Below are positions 63,400 through 64,000 of a stretch of 64,000 bases of DNA, in pieces; positions within the stretch are counted from its first letter, which is position 1, and each line of letters starts with the position of its first letter. Under the pieces are notes generated by a model. The model saw nothing but the letters and a program-made list of their open reading frames with translations. It ran no database searches and was not told the DNA's origin. The stretch comes from Candidatus Ratteibacteria bacterium (lineage in GTDB: Bacteria > Ratteibacteria > UBA8468 > MWAK01): assembly GCA_041653615.1 (NCBI GenBank), contig JBAZEZ010000001.1, forward strand, positions 14,041 through 78,040, written 5' to 3'. The position numbers were made by a program, and so were the translations under genes.

Positions 63400-64000
63400 A
63401 GTAATTTTCCAGCCGGAAGGAATCGAATCTTCCGGCCTACCCGGACTGACCGTATTGGAACTGGCCCGGCGGACAAATATCGGACTCACCGCTTTCTGCG
63501 GCGGCCGCGGAACCTGCGGTAAGTGTCAAGTGCAAGTGGAACCGGCGCCGGCGCCGAATGAATTGGAAAAGAAGCACATCACGCCGGAACGACTCAAAGA
63601 AGGTTACCGACTGGCCTGCCAGACAAAAATCATTGATTGTGATTTAACTGTCTTCATACCGCCGGAATCCCGCTTTTTCAACCTTAAAGTTCTGGTCTCC
63701 GGACTTACCCGGGATATCAAAGTCCACACATCCATCCGAAAATATTATCTCCAACTACAGCCACCCACCATTGAAGACCAGCGGCCCGACTGGAAAAGAA
63801 TGAAATCGGCAATTGCGGACTCTTCCGGATTAAAAGAAGAAGATATTACCATCAACATCTACCTGCTCAAACGAATGCCGGACATCTTGAGAACCGGTAA
63901 TTTCAAAATAACGGCGGTACTGGAAGGAAAACACCTGATTTCCCTTGAACCCGGTGATACCGCCGGTCAATCTTTCGGCCTGGCATTTGACCTCGGCACC
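63389..64000 (+). CDS. 2Fe-2S ferredoxin-domain / ASKHA-fold protein (RACo-like corrinoid-activation family), 3' end outside the window
   Basis: Open frame from ATG 63389 to the window end, so it is absent from the stop-delimited ORF track. N-terminal plant-type ferredoxin (CGGRGTCGKCQVQV...C) followed by the conserved linker domain. Overlaps the queF 3' end by 11 nt in a different frame. Confidence 0.55.
   Translation, partial: MDFKVIFQPEGIESSGLPGLTVLELARRTNIGLTAFCGGRGTCGKCQVQVEPAPAPNELEKKHITPERLKEGYRLACQTKIIDCDLTVFIPPESRFFNLKVLVSGLTRDIKVHTSIRKYYLQLQPPTIEDQRPDWKRMKSAIADSSGLKEEDITINIYLLKRMPDILRTGNFKITAVLEGKHLISLEPGDTAGQSFGLAFDLGT

Noticed and set aside
1-64000. CRISPR arrays, transposases, integrases, phage or defence-system genes
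   Set aside because: Searched for by eye. The only regular repeats found are the short ones listed above. No spacer/repeat periodicity of 28-37 bp, and no recombinase, nuclease, helicase or ATPase signatures among the translations.

Overview
This 64-kb window comes from a gene-dense bacterial chromosome, apparently an anaerobe. The evidence for anaerobiosis is a 2-oxoacid:ferredoxin oxidoreductase, a ferritin, a NrdG-type glycyl-radical activase and a RACo-like 2Fe-2S protein. Every gene from ~11.9 kb to ~62.9 kb is on the minus strand. Four gene blocks can be named with confidence.

- An iron-handling operon: a 4Fe-4S membrane protein, a VIT1-family transporter, ferritin, an FMN reductase and a small membrane protein.
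- An ECF sigma / zinc-finger anti-sigma module, followed by thiol-redox genes (TlpA, thioredoxin) and an orphan NrdG-like activase.
- A ~42-kb sugar-modification and extracytoplasmic glycosylation supercluster, from ~11.9 to ~54 kb. Its content is listed after this block list.
- The 3' end of the dcw cluster (murB-ddl-ftsQ-ftsA-ftsZ) with asd and truA.

The supercluster contains a 3-amino-sugar module and a heptose-activation pathway (GmhA, an HldE homologue with reversed domain order, an HddA-like GHMP kinase). It also carries 4,6-dehydratase, Fcl-like and epimerase genes. It carries a TylC3-like C-methyltransferase, a B12-radical-SAM enzyme, an FkbM methyltransferase and three SAM methyltransferases. 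Adenosylhomocysteinase, a pyruvate-dehydrogenase-E1-like alpha/beta pair and a split transketolase are present too. There are four polyprenyl-phosphate GT2 enzymes, four GT-C (ArnT/PMT-like) membrane glycosyltransferases, two GT4 enzymes and a Wzx-like flippase.

One tRNA-Pro(TGG) is present. No CRISPR array, transposase or integrase was found.

The observations most worth a second look are:
- a 26-bp perfect inverted repeat that contains the asd start codon and ribosome-binding site;
- GCAGAT repeats phased at 10 bp in the ftsA-ftsZ spacer;
- two tandem lysine-rich micro-ORFs behind a consensus -35 promoter;
- a 20-nt duplicate of the tRNA-Pro 5' end next to a structured non-coding region;
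- recurring GGTCATTGCG-type elements in operon leaders, one of them next to a hairpin that places the ribosome-binding site in its loop;
- the sugar cluster itself, which looks like a candidate pathway for a C-branched, multiply methylated 6-deoxy-heptose glycan.

Everything here is inferred by eye from the six-frame translations and the raw sequence. No database search was run.
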